Shown here in pieces: positions 46,680-55,934 of a stretch of DNA of 64,000 nucleotides. A program made the position numbers and the translations under genes. The first letter of the stretch is position 1; each line of letters begins with the position of its first letter. Below the pieces are notes generated by a model. It ran no database searches. It was not told the DNA's origin and saw only the letters and a program-made list of their open reading frames with translations. The stretch lies in the sequence record SRR31156797_661; one strand, written 5' to 3'.

Positions 46680-48005
46680 CTAAGACATCTTAGCCTGATC
46701 AATAACATACTCAATGGCTTCGTCCATATTGGTTACGTCGCCGGAGATCTGTGCTTTAAGCAGTGATTCGCGGATGATACCGACGCCGGGACCGGGGTTG
46801 AGTCCGGTGTGCTGCATGATCTCGTTACCGTTGAGGAAAGGATCGAGAGCTTCTTCGGGGATATCGGCGCGCTCAAGCATTTTAAGGTTGTGGTTGAATT
46901 CCTTGTAAGTGGTGTCGCGGGCTTTGATGTCTGCGCGAACCATCTCGATGAGGCGGGGATATTCATCCAGTGCTTTGAACTTGCGGATACCTTTGTCAGT
47001 GAGCATGAAGTGGAAACGCATGTGGTTGCGTACCAGATCGCAGATCAGGTCCACATCTTCCTGAGGGAAGTTGAGGCGGGTCAGGATTTTTCTGGTCACT
47101 TTTGCGCCAACGCGGTGGTGCTGCAGAAACTGCCAGCGTCCTTCTACTTCTTCTGCTGTGTAGAGTTTACCCACATCGTGGAACATGCATGCTACCACGC
47201 CGAACCAGTCGTAAGGCAGTTCTTCGGGGTAGAGGCGCATGACGTCGAGGGTGTGGGTGAAAACGTCTTCGGTTTCACCGGTCTTGCTGTTCTTCACCTG
47301 AGTCAGGCGGGAAAGAGCGGCAAGTTCTGGAATCAGGCCGTGCAGGAGCATGGTTTCGAAGAGCAGGGAAACGAAAACGTACATGTTTTCGGATTCAACC
47401 TTGCGCCATTCGTCCATGATTTCAGGCACGGGTACGTAATCGAGAATACGCTTGCAGGAGCGGATAATCGCGATTTTGGTATTGGTTTCAATGGGCAGGT
47501 TGTAGTTGGCTGCGAAGCGCAACGCCCTGATGCCCATGAGGTAATCTTTTTTAAGAGTCTGATCCGGGATACCCAACAGGCGGACTTCACCGCTGCTCAG
47601 TTCGGCGAATCCTTCATAGGGGTCATGCGCCTTGGGAATGTAAGGACAGGCAGCGGACATAGGGATCTGGTGCTGTTTTTCCAGAGCCTTGAGCAGTCTT
47701 GGAGTCATGCGGGATACGCATTCTTCGGGATGTGAAGAGTTGCTGGTCTCGGAAGTGTAGAAATAGAAAATATTTCCACCTTCTTTCAGAATAGCGGTAA
47801 CGTCCTGCTGCTCAGTGGGCTGGATGTTGGGAAACAGTTTGGCCAGCTTTTTGAAATCAAGCTCAGTGGAAATATCCAGTTCAACTTCTTCGCCTTTGTC
47901 TTCAATAGTCAGCTTCTGAAGTCTTTCATTAATAATGTAAGCATCATAGCCGTTACGCATGATGGTTTTACAAATTCCCACCGCGTCCTTGAAAGGTTCG
48001 CTCAT
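46680..48005 (-). CDS. CCA-adding/poly(A) polymerase-like protein with intact HD domain and degenerate nucleotidyltransferase head
   Basis: RALRFAA, HT...HDVGK...H...HM...AD, C-terminal LNG...PGP; AAGGAG RBS. Confidence 0.82.
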   Translation of the reverse strand: MSEPFKDAVGICKTIMRNGYDAYIINERLQKLTIEDKGEEVELDISTELDFKKLAKLFPNIQPTEQQDVTAILKEGGNIFYFYTSETSNSSHPEECVSRMTPRLLKALEKQHQIPMSAACPYIPKAHDPYEGFAELSSGEVRLLGIPDQTLKKDYLMGIRALRFAANYNLPIETNTKIAIIRSCKRILDYVPVPEIMDEWRKVESENMYVFVSLLFETMLLHGLIPELAALSRLTQVKNSKTGETEDVFTHTLDVMRLYPEELPYDWFGVVACMFHDVGKLYTAEEVEGRWQFLQHHRVGAKVTRKILTRLNFPQEDVDLICDLVRNHMRFHFMLTDKGIRKFKALDEYPRLIEMVRADIKARDTTYKEFNHNLKMLERADIPEEALDPFLNGNEIMQHTGLNPGPGVGIIRESLLKAQISGDVTNMDEAIEYVIDQAKMS

Positions 48006-48124
48006 TAAAATCTCCTTATCAAAAATAAACCTTCTGTTGCTTAGGCAGCAGATGTAGATCAACTATATAAAATTATTAGTTTTTACCTTTGTTTAACAGA
48101 CTTATGCACTGTCTGTTAAAGAGG

Positions 48125-49396
48125 TCATACTATTTTTTTGCCACTAAGGAAATGGCTTATGACCCGTCCTTTCAAGGTTTGTCCGCGGAAAGGAGTGTTT
48201 TTGCCTTTGGAGTGCATGGTTGTGGAATCCAGCACCCATTCCTCGCTGGGATCAAAGAGGAAAAAGTCAGCAGGATCACCTTTCTTGAAGCTGTTCAAAG
48301 GCAGAGCGAAAGTCTCGCATGGGGCAGTGGTCCACATGCGGATAAAATTATCTAAGGAGATCTTCCCGGAGGCTACCAGTGACCAGGTCAGTGAGAGCGC
48401 TGAATCCAACCCGGAAATGCCACAGGGCGCGTGCATGAATTCCACTTCCTTTTCATGTGCTGCGTGAGGCGCATGGTCGGTGGCGAACATGTCGATAGTG
48501 CCGTCCTTGATGCCTGCCAGTAGGGCTTCAACATCGTCTGCGGTACGCAGGGGTGGGTTGACCTTGGTGTCCGAGCTGTAGCCGTGCAGGGCTTCTTCGG
48601 TAAGCAGCAGGTAGTGGGGGCAGGTTTCAGCTGTGACTTTGACTCCGCGTTTTTTGGCCCACGCAATAAGGTCTACAGACTTGCGGCAGGAGATATGGGC
48701 CAGATGGATGTGCATATCCAGATATTCAGCCATGAGCAGGTCCCGGGCTACCTGTGCGGCTTCGGCAACATCAGGCTGTCCGGTGAGTCCGAGCACGGAT
48801 GAGACTTCACCCTCATTCACCCCGGCTGCGGGTGCAAGGTAAGGGTCTTCGCAGTGGTCGATAATCGGTTTTCCGGTATCAGAACCGTATTCCATGGCTC
48901 TGCGGAAAAGTTCACTGCTTTTGACCGGAATGCCGTCATTGGAGAAAGCTGCACAGCCAGCTTCAGCCATTTCATGCATGGGAGCCAGTTCTTTGCCTTC
49001 CAGCCCTTTGGTTAGTGCGCCGATGGGGAAGAGACGCGGCCCGCCTTCAGGAAAAGCAGCCTTGGCCTTGCGCAGCATCTCATCGGTAACAACCGCGTTA
49101 TCGTTGACCGGATCGGTGTTGGCCATGCACATGATATTGGAGAAACCGCCGTGCACAGCTGCTTTTAAACCGGATGCGATATCTTCCTTGTATTCGAATC
49201 CCGGTTCGCGCAGATGGACATGGACATCGGTCAGGGAAGGCATGAGTAGCAGTCCCTTGGCGGCTACGATTTCAGCACCTTCGTACATAGTATCGGAGGA
49301 AGGAATAACTTCTAAAATTTTTTCGTCAGCAACTAGGAGATCGACTTCTTGGCCTTTCCATACTGCCTTGCGGACGACAAGTTCAGGATGAGTCAT
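48125..49396 (-). CDS. pyrC: Dihydroorotase
   Basis: DVHVHLREPG, HCED, KVNPPLR, TDHAPH, SKGKNTPF. Confidence 0.95.
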   Translation of the reverse strand: MTHPELVVRKAVWKGQEVDLLVADEKILEVIPSSDTMYEGAEIVAAKGLLLMPSLTDVHVHLREPGFEYKEDIASGLKAAVHGGFSNIMCMANTDPVNDNAVVTDEMLRKAKAAFPEGGPRLFPIGALTKGLEGKELAPMHEMAEAGCAAFSNDGIPVKSSELFRRAMEYGSDTGKPIIDHCEDPYLAPAAGVNEGEVSSVLGLTGQPDVAEAAQVARDLLMAEYLDMHIHLAHISCRKSVDLIAWAKKRGVKVTAETCPHYLLLTEEALHGYSSDTKVNPPLRTADDVEALLAGIKDGTIDMFATDHAPHAAHEKEVEFMHAPCGISGLDSALSLTWSLVASGKISLDNFIRMWTTAPCETFALPLNSFKKGDPADFFLFDPSEEWVLDSTTMHSKGKNTPFRGQTLKGRVISHFLSGKKIV

Positions 49397-49408
49397 GTTT
49401 TGTTCTCC

Positions 49409-50332
49409 TTATTTTTTACGGGTGAGGTAGAGATAGAGTAAAGCCATGCGGGTGGCGACGCCGGAGGCAACCTGATCAAGCACGAGACTTGCTTCGCAGT
49501 CGGCAAGCTCGGAGTTGATTTCAACTCCCCGGTTCATGGGACCGGGATGCATGATCTTCACATCCGGATTGGCAAGCTCTATCTGCTTGTGTCCCAGACC
49601 GAAGTAATTGGAGTATTCGCGCAGGTCGGGCAGAAGGCCATCCTGCTGGCGTTCCAGCTGTAAGCGCAGACACATGACCGCATCCACATTTTTACAGGCT
49701 TCGTTGATGTCGGTGTAGACCTCTGCGTCCCAGTTCTTGATGTAGGGCGGCAGCAGAGTGCGTGGCCCGCAGAAACGGACTTTTGCACCCATTTTGTTGA
49801 GTAGGGTCAGGTTAGAACGAGCCACCCTGCTGTGGGCGATGTCGCCTAGAATGAGTATGGTCTTCCCTTCCAAGGAACCCCATTGCTGATAGAGGGTGAA
49901 ACCGTCCAGCAGAGCCTGTGTGGGGTGGGCGTGACGACCGTCGCCGGCGTTGATGATGCTGCAGTCGAGGCGTTCGGCAAGAAATTGCGCCGCGCCGCTG
50001 GCCCAGTGGCGGATAACAATGCCGTCCGGGTTCATGGCCTGAAGGGTCAGGGCTGTATCCTTGAGTGTTTCACCTTTGGTCAGGCTGCTGGAGCTTTTGG
50101 CAAGGGAGAAGGTGTCACAGGAGAGACGTTTTCCGGCCATGTCAAAGGAGGTCTTGGTTCTTGTGCTTGCTTCGGCAAAAAAAAGGACCACACTATGGCC
50201 TTTTAATGTCGGTACCTTTTTTACCGGACGGGAGTTAATTTCCTGAAAGTAAGTGGCAGTTTCAAAAACGTGCTGCACTTCCTCTTTGCTGAGCTGGGTA
50301 ATATCCAGCAAATCCTTATGTCGCCATTCCAT
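49409..50332 (-). CDS. pyrB: Aspartate carbamoyltransferase catalytic subunit
   Basis: STRT, HPTQ, HSRV, RLQ.ER, HPGP. Confidence 0.97.
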   Translation of the reverse strand: MEWRHKDLLDITQLSKEEVQHVFETATYFQEINSRPVKKVPTLKGHSVVLFFAEASTRTKTSFDMAGKRLSCDTFSLAKSSSSLTKGETLKDTALTLQAMNPDGIVIRHWASGAAQFLAERLDCSIINAGDGRHAHPTQALLDGFTLYQQWGSLEGKTILILGDIAHSRVARSNLTLLNKMGAKVRFCGPRTLLPPYIKNWDAEVYTDINEACKNVDAVMCLRLQLERQQDGLLPDLREYSNYFGLGHKQIELANPDVKIMHPGPMNRGVEINSELADCEASLVLDQVASGVATRMALLYLYLTRKK

Positions 50333-50365
50333 AAGAGTTCCTCTCGGTTGTGGTGCGAAAAAGTA

Positions 50366-51508
50366 TTAAAACAAAAGATCTTCAAGGTGGGCGGGAACTG
50401 TCGCGTAAACAGCCCTTTTACCCTTTTCCAAAGATCCGTATGAGTCGTTTATCTTAAGAGCCTTGGCGCTGTTGCTGGTGACCAGTGCAAGCGCTTCAGT
50501 TGTGGTTAAGGAATTTTTTATGTTTTTAAGCAGGTATTCCAGCTCGTTCCACATGGATAAGTCATGGTTGGAAGCAATGCTGTCCGTACCCAGACAGGTG
50601 TTTATACCAGATTTCAGAATCTTTTCCCACGGTGCACGCCCTTCGCCGATGTATGTATTGGATCGTGGGCAAAGGCAGACATTTACCTTGCGCTCGGCAA
50701 GGGTGTTGATGTCTTCGTCTGCAACCCGAACACAATGGACCGCAAGGGTCGATTCATCAAGCAAGCCAAGTGAATCTGCGTATTCAACAGGACGCAATCC
50801 TTTGTTGCCGCAATCTGCCAGCAGCCTGGCCCCTTTGAGCATCCCGGCAAACTCACCTGTGCCTGAGGCCACGATTTCATCCTCTTCTTCGTTCTCAGCA
50901 AGATGGATGGGGTAGGGCAGTCCGGCTTCGTTATTGGCTTTTTTTACGGCCTGTAAAAGTTCTGCTCCGGTGGAGTAAAGGGAATGTCCTGATCCGGCGG
51001 CACGACCATAGGTGAATCCCTTTTGCGGGAAGAATTTGGCCCCTTCCTTGGGAATATTCACCCCGATAGCCTCGCAGCAGGCATAAAAGCCCATGGACAG
51101 CTCATCCATAATCCCGGCAACCTGTGCGCAATTACGGGTGGAAATGTCCACGCAGAATGCAGTACCGTCTGCACGCATTTGCTGCACTGCGTTGCGAACT
51201 GCTTCTGTTTCGAGGTCATAGAGGGGATTGGAAAGCAGGGATTTGATCCAGTTGGTGAATCCCTGTTCCTGCACGGTCTTGCCTTTCAGATGGGAAAGTT
51301 CAAGGTGGACGTGCGCGTTGATCAGTCCGGGGACTATGGTTACATCGCCGAGATCTTCAACATCACCTGAAAAGTCATTTTTCAGCGTGGACCAAGTTCC
51401 TGTTTCCAGAATCCGCTCCTCGTCATGAATGAGGGCGAAATCTTCGATAATCGGATTTTTCCCGCTGGCCATTGTTACGGCTCTAGCCGTTCTTATGCAT
51501 TTGTTCAT
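50366..51508 (-). CDS. Amidohydrolase family protein (TRZ/ATZ or nucleoside deaminase-like)
   Basis: PGLINAHVHLE, HLAE, HCV, CPRSN, GTDS. Confidence 0.85.
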   Translation of the reverse strand: MNKCIRTARAVTMASGKNPIIEDFALIHDEERILETGTWSTLKNDFSGDVEDLGDVTIVPGLINAHVHLELSHLKGKTVQEQGFTNWIKSLLSNPLYDLETEAVRNAVQQMRADGTAFCVDISTRNCAQVAGIMDELSMGFYACCEAIGVNIPKEGAKFFPQKGFTYGRAAGSGHSLYSTGAELLQAVKKANNEAGLPYPIHLAENEEEDEIVASGTGEFAGMLKGARLLADCGNKGLRPVEYADSLGLLDESTLAVHCVRVADEDINTLAERKVNVCLCPRSNTYIGEGRAPWEKILKSGINTCLGTDSIASNHDLSMWNELEYLLKNIKNSLTTTEALALVTSNSAKALKINDSYGSLEKGKRAVYATVPAHLEDLLF

Positions 51509-51512
51509 GGGC

Positions 51513-51542
51513 AAAAAAATGCCGGACCATCAAGGTCCGGCA
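51513..51542 (-). terminator. Intrinsic terminator immediately before the amidohydrolase start
   Basis: Minus strand tgccggacc-ttgat-ggtccggca-ttttttt. Confidence 0.75.
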
Positions 51543-51549
51543 GGAATAG

Positions 51550-51909
51550 TTATTTTTTAGCTTTGGGGTCTTCAAAGAAGACGTAATTGGTAGAGTAATC
51601 GCTGAATTCAAAGTAGACCTTGTTTTCACCGGGGTCTGCTTTGCCGTTCAGGTTGGCATCAAGAACACCGTAACCGAATCGGTAGGGTCGCTGTACGCGT
51701 TCCTTGGTGCCTGCGGCAGTGGAAAGTTTGTCGATTTTTACAAATCGTCTGATCAGCTTGCCGCCAGAATAGATTTCAAGAACACCGTTGACCCCGGTCC
51801 AGTTTTGGATGGAACGGCCGATGCGGTTCTGGGTTTCCTGAGTGCATGCGCTGAAAACAGCGAGAGAAAAAAGCAGGATGAATGTAAGGATCAGGCTGTT
51901 CTTTTTCAT
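51550..51909 (-). CDS. Hypothetical lipoprotein
   Basis: Lipobox FSAC; GGAG RBS. Confidence 0.75.
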   Translation of the reverse strand: MKKNSLILTFILLFSLAVFSACTQETQNRIGRSIQNWTGVNGVLEIYSGGKLIRRFVKIDKLSTAAGTKERVQRPYRFGYGVLDANLNGKADPGENKVYFEFSDYSTNYVFFEDPKAKK

Positions 51910-51999
51910 TTGGTTCTCCGTTCAAGAGGTTGCTGTCATCAGGTCAAACGGTCAGTTCATACATGTTTTTTTCAGGAATGCAAAGCAGTGCGACTATAA

Positions 52000-52968
52000 T
52001 CATTCCGCAGCCGGGAGCCAGAGATAATGGAATCCGGCCTTGGGCGGCATAAGGTTTCCGGCATCAATATTAATCAGCGCCGGAGAAAAAGCCTGCGATG
52101 ATGCGGAGTTGTAGAGTGTGTCGTTGGGGTAGCTCTTACGTTTGTAGGTGATTACCTGTGAATCTTCGGCAATTCCAGCCAGCTTGCAGGCCTCTTTGAC
52201 CGCATCGGGCAGATAACCGAGGCTGTCCACCAGTCCGGTTTTTTTGGCGCCCTGTGCGCTGAATACCTGAGCAGTAAAGATTGTCTGCAACTGCTCATCA
52301 GAAATAGAACGGTGTTTTTTGACCAATCCCTGAAAGCGGTCCGCGTAATCTTTGATGATCTTGTCGATGATCTTTTTTTGTTCCGGGGTGTCCGGCTTAA
52401 AGGGGAATCCCATATCCTTGTTGCGTCCGGACTTGGAAACTTCCACGGATACACCGATTTTGTCCATGAGGCCGTCAATTTTGGGGCGGATGAAGATAAC
52501 CCCGATTGATCCGGTCAGCGTAGTGGGGTGGGCCATGATGTGATCAGCGGGAAGGCTTACGTAGTAACCGCCGGAAGCAGCCACATCCATCATATTAACA
52601 ACAACCTTGGCTCCGGCCTTCTCTTTGAAGCGCAGGATTTCATTATAAAGGATGTCGCTGGCAGTGACTGATCCGCCGGGGGAATTGACCTTGAGCACAA
52701 GGGCTTTGATGTCTTTATCTTCGGCAGCAAGTTTGAGTCGCGATGTAACTTCTTGAACGAGGCTGGGAGAACTGCCCAGCAGTCCGCGTTTGCCTTCATC
52801 AGAAATGGTTCCGTCAATGGAGACTACGAGCACTTTGTATTCCCCTTCGCCCTGCAACTTTTTTTCAAGCAGGGGATCGGTCCCATCCGGGAACAAATTC
52901 ATTTTAGGCTGGCAGCCGCAAAGGGCGATAGTTGTGAGTATGAATATGGTCAGTAATATTTTTTTCAT
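52000..52968 (-). CDS. sppA: Signal peptide peptidase SppA (peptidase S49)
   Basis: NSPGG, AASGGYY, GSIGV, SG.NKD. Confidence 0.92.
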   Translation of the reverse strand: MKKILLTIFILTTIALCGCQPKMNLFPDGTDPLLEKKLQGEGEYKVLVVSIDGTISDEGKRGLLGSSPSLVQEVTSRLKLAAEDKDIKALVLKVNSPGGSVTASDILYNEILRFKEKAGAKVVVNMMDVAASGGYYVSLPADHIMAHPTTLTGSIGVIFIRPKIDGLMDKIGVSVEVSKSGRNKDMGFPFKPDTPEQKKIIDKIIKDYADRFQGLVKKHRSISDEQLQTIFTAQVFSAQGAKKTGLVDSLGYLPDAVKEACKLAGIAEDSQVITYKRKSYPNDTLYNSASSQAFSPALINIDAGNLMPPKAGFHYLWLPAAE

Positions 52969-53054
52969 GGGAAACTCCTTTGGTTAGCCGGAAAGTAGCA
53001 GATGGGGATGTTTAAATAAAGGGTGGGGTGAGCACCTTTTATTTAACTTAATTA

Positions 53055-53690
53055 TTATCTTTCATACATAGCCAGCTTAACCCCGAAAGCCACAAATACT
53101 GACCCCAGTGCGCGGTCCAGCCATCTTTGCAGTTTTTGACTTTCACGCAATCTTCCGGTGATGCGGTCCCCCGCGTAGATCAGAGGAGGTTCTACTAATG
53201 CTGCGGTGACGATGATCAGTGTGCCGTGAAGCATGAGCTGGGCCCAGACCGGACCTGCTCCTTCAACTACGAATTGCGGCAGGAAGGCTATGAAGAATGT
53301 CGCGACTTTGGGATTGAGCAGGTGGATGAACATGCCCTGTTTGAAGATGGCGGCAGAGTTTAATTGATTTGAGTTTTTGCTTATGTCCAGCACGCTTCCC
53401 TTGGATCTGAAGGCGCTGATCGCCAACCAGAAGAGGTAGGCCACCCCGACCCATTTTACGATACTGAAAGCTGTTGCCGATGCAGCGATAATGGCTGCAA
53501 GGCCAAGAGCGGTCAGCAGTACATAGAGAAATGCTCCAGACCAAATTCCGAACATAGCTGCAAATCCCGCTTTTCGGCCTCCGGTAACGGTATGGCTGAG
53601 TATGTAGGCCATGTCCGGTCCCGGTGCTATGTTGAGTAGCAGGGCGGCTAAGAGAAAGGTTGTCCAATGGGTAAGATCGTATTCAAACAT
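53055..53690 (-). CDS. LysE/RhtB family translocator
   Basis: PGPD, LLNPK, AFLPQF. Confidence 0.92.
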   Translation of the reverse strand: MFEYDLTHWTTFLLAALLLNIAPGPDMAYILSHTVTGGRKAGFAAMFGIWSGAFLYVLLTALGLAAIIAASATAFSIVKWVGVAYLFWLAISAFRSKGSVLDISKNSNQLNSAAIFKQGMFIHLLNPKVATFFIAFLPQFVVEGAGPVWAQLMLHGTLIIVTAALVEPPLIYAGDRITGRLRESQKLQRWLDRALGSVFVAFGVKLAMYER

Positions 53691-54038
53691 GATTGAACCT
53701 CGGTGAGTTAGAAATGCAGAAAGGCACGATACAAAAAGTACCGTGTGCTTTGATCAAGGTTCTGTTTTTGGCGCGGGAAACAGGACTGCCATTTCAGGTG
53801 AAATGGCGGAAAGGCCAGTTGATATTATTCCAACCGACAGGAAAAGCAAACCCCGGAAAGGGATTCTCAATTGAATAAACCCGGCCCACTCGCAACTGAT
53901 CACAAGGGACCGGGGTTATAATATGGCACCGCTCATCAGAAAAGCGGCAAAAGATGTATTTACCGAAAACTAGCGGTTCTAAATAAAATTCTATTTAGTA
54001 CCTCAAATTCATGTAAATGAACTTGAGCAGTTTTATCT

Positions 54039-54290
54039 CTAGCGAGACATGCGTGCAAGCTGTCTGCGGTATTCGGGAGAGATTTCAAGACGTTCAATGT
54101 GGCGCAGGTCCACGAGAGAACTTCTCATCTGTGCTCGGTTGGTTTCGCGGATTGCAGCCACGGTCCAGACGGGAAGCCAGAGACCGAGGGTCGCAATGGT
54201 CAGCACAGCGTGTAAGCTGTGGTTTACTTCGCCGCCGTTGCGTGCTGCGCGGGTAGCTGCCCAAGCCTTGATGGTTCCGATTGCGTACAT
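54039..54290 (-). CDS. Small hypothetical membrane protein
   Basis: GGAGG RBS before ATG 54290; NHSLHAVLTIATLGLWLPVW hydrophobic segment. Confidence 0.7.
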   Translation of the reverse strand: MYAIGTIKAWAATRAARNGGEVNHSLHAVLTIATLGLWLPVWTVAAIRETNRAQMRSSLVDLRHIERLEISPEYRRQLARMSR

Positions 54291-54962
54291 ATTATATTCC
54301 TCCAAAAAAATTGGTTCAATTTGCGTTGTTCACAATTCCCACCTATGCCCGAGTCCATTGCAAGTCAACAGTTGGCAATGCAAAACTTAAAAATACATAG
54401 CAAATAATGTTCACTGCCTTCTGTGGGAGTATAAGTTATAAAAAACAGTATCTTGTGTTTGTTTAGACAAGCTCTGGAAGAGGCTGTGTCGGAATTCAGA
54501 CAGCGTTGATTTTAAAATCAATGCGTTGGTGAAAAATTTCCCAAGCTTGTCTTGTGGGTACACGCTTTAACAATATTGGGATAAGGGTTGAACTGCTATC
54601 TTACTGAAATATAACTAATAATTTTCAAAATAAGCAGAAAAATAGCATTTTTGTAAAATTGCAGACAAGCAAACGAATGGTCGGGATAAAGAGGAATCGA
54701 TTATCCTTCACTGTTTGTTTTTATATAGCGATATAAGTGTTAATGTAGTAGTTGTGTGCAATTTGTGTTGTAGAGGTGGTTACAACATTAAATATAAAAA
54801 AATTACATCGGATATACATAAAAGGTGCTTTTGCTAAAATAGAAAACAAAAATGAACGAACTAAATTCATGGTTTTAAATAAAGTTCCAACTTTTAGCTG
54901 CTAAAAACGCCTTTCGACTGAATAAAATTCGAGTGTTTTTCTATGAAGGTAATTCTTACTCG

Positions 54963-55889
54963 CTAATAATCGACAATCGCAGCTGTCTTCATGCTTGCTT
55001 TTGGCTTAAACATATCCCCGCTTCCGGCAATTCTTGGCAGTCCGGTTATCCTTTTATCCAACTCAAAGCGGGGGGAGAAAGGGACGTTGCGTTTGAGGGC
55101 GTTTTTCCAATTGTTCTCTTCCTTGGCGAGGGCAATGTTTGCAGCGCCAATGGGATCGAAATTCAGGGCCACGGCTTTTTCCGGGGAATTGAGCAGGTCC
55201 ACCACCAGCCGGTAGGAGTAGTCGATGATGGAGTGCAAGTAGGCTTGACGATAGGCCGGGACTACCTTCTTTGAAATCTTTAGGGATTTGCTCACTGTCT
55301 TGTATTCCAGCAGGCCGATGGTCTGGTGAAATACCTTTTTCTTGAACAGAAAGCTGTATTTTTTGGCATCCATATGTTTGCGCAGACTAAAATCCGCATC
55401 TTGATTAGCCTTGCGGAAGAGGCGGGCCGCTTCCTGAGCTGACCAGTCTACCTGATCGTCAGCCAGCATTTCTATATAGACATGGCTCAGCCTACCCCCG
55501 GACCGGGCCTGCTGCATGAGGTTGGGTACATAGTAGTTGTGAGCGATGATATCCGCTGCCAGATGGGAAAGATAACCCAGAGAGTATGCTCTCAGGTGCT
55601 CATCATCGGATTCGTCGAGCAAGTTGAATCCGGTCTGCCAGTTGTGGCTGTGCAGCCGCTTGGCTTTGCTGCCTTTGCCGATGAATATGTCCGCACTTAA
55701 GCAGCCGTAAAGAAATATGGCCGAGTTGGAGAGTAGTAGCTTAGCAACGGTATCGGAAAGGAGTAAAGAGTTGGAAAGCACCGCATTGCCGATGGCCATA
55801 TGCACACCCGGACCCCAGGCTAAGCCGTTCGCGGCAAAGCCCAGAACCTGCAGAACAGTAAAGAATAAAATCAGAGTCAGTTTTCCCAT
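54963..55889 (-). CDS. Zinc-dependent phospholipase C family protein
   Basis: Signal peptide then WGPGVH; GYLSHLAADIIAH; HVYIE. Confidence 0.85.
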   Translation of the reverse strand: MGKLTLILFFTVLQVLGFAANGLAWGPGVHMAIGNAVLSNSLLLSDTVAKLLLSNSAIFLYGCLSADIFIGKGSKAKRLHSHNWQTGFNLLDESDDEHLRAYSLGYLSHLAADIIAHNYYVPNLMQQARSGGRLSHVYIEMLADDQVDWSAQEAARLFRKANQDADFSLRKHMDAKKYSFLFKKKVFHQTIGLLEYKTVSKSLKISKKVVPAYRQAYLHSIIDYSYRLVVDLLNSPEKAVALNFDPIGAANIALAKEENNWKNALKRNVPFSPRFELDKRITGLPRIAGSGDMFKPKASMKTAAIVDY

Positions 55890-55934
55890 ACCTATAAAAT
55901 AAGCTCCGCTCCGGGTGAGGTCAATGAATTCCGT

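Noticed and set aside
46809-47735. 308-aa ORF opposite the HD gene (and similar ones at 25666-26382 and 38705-39508)
   Set aside because: Fully nested antisense to well-supported genes; treated as codon-bias artefacts.
54300-54960. oriC in the long AT-rich gap
   Set aside because: I saw no cluster of TTATCCACA-like DnaA boxes, and dnaA/dnaN are not nearby.
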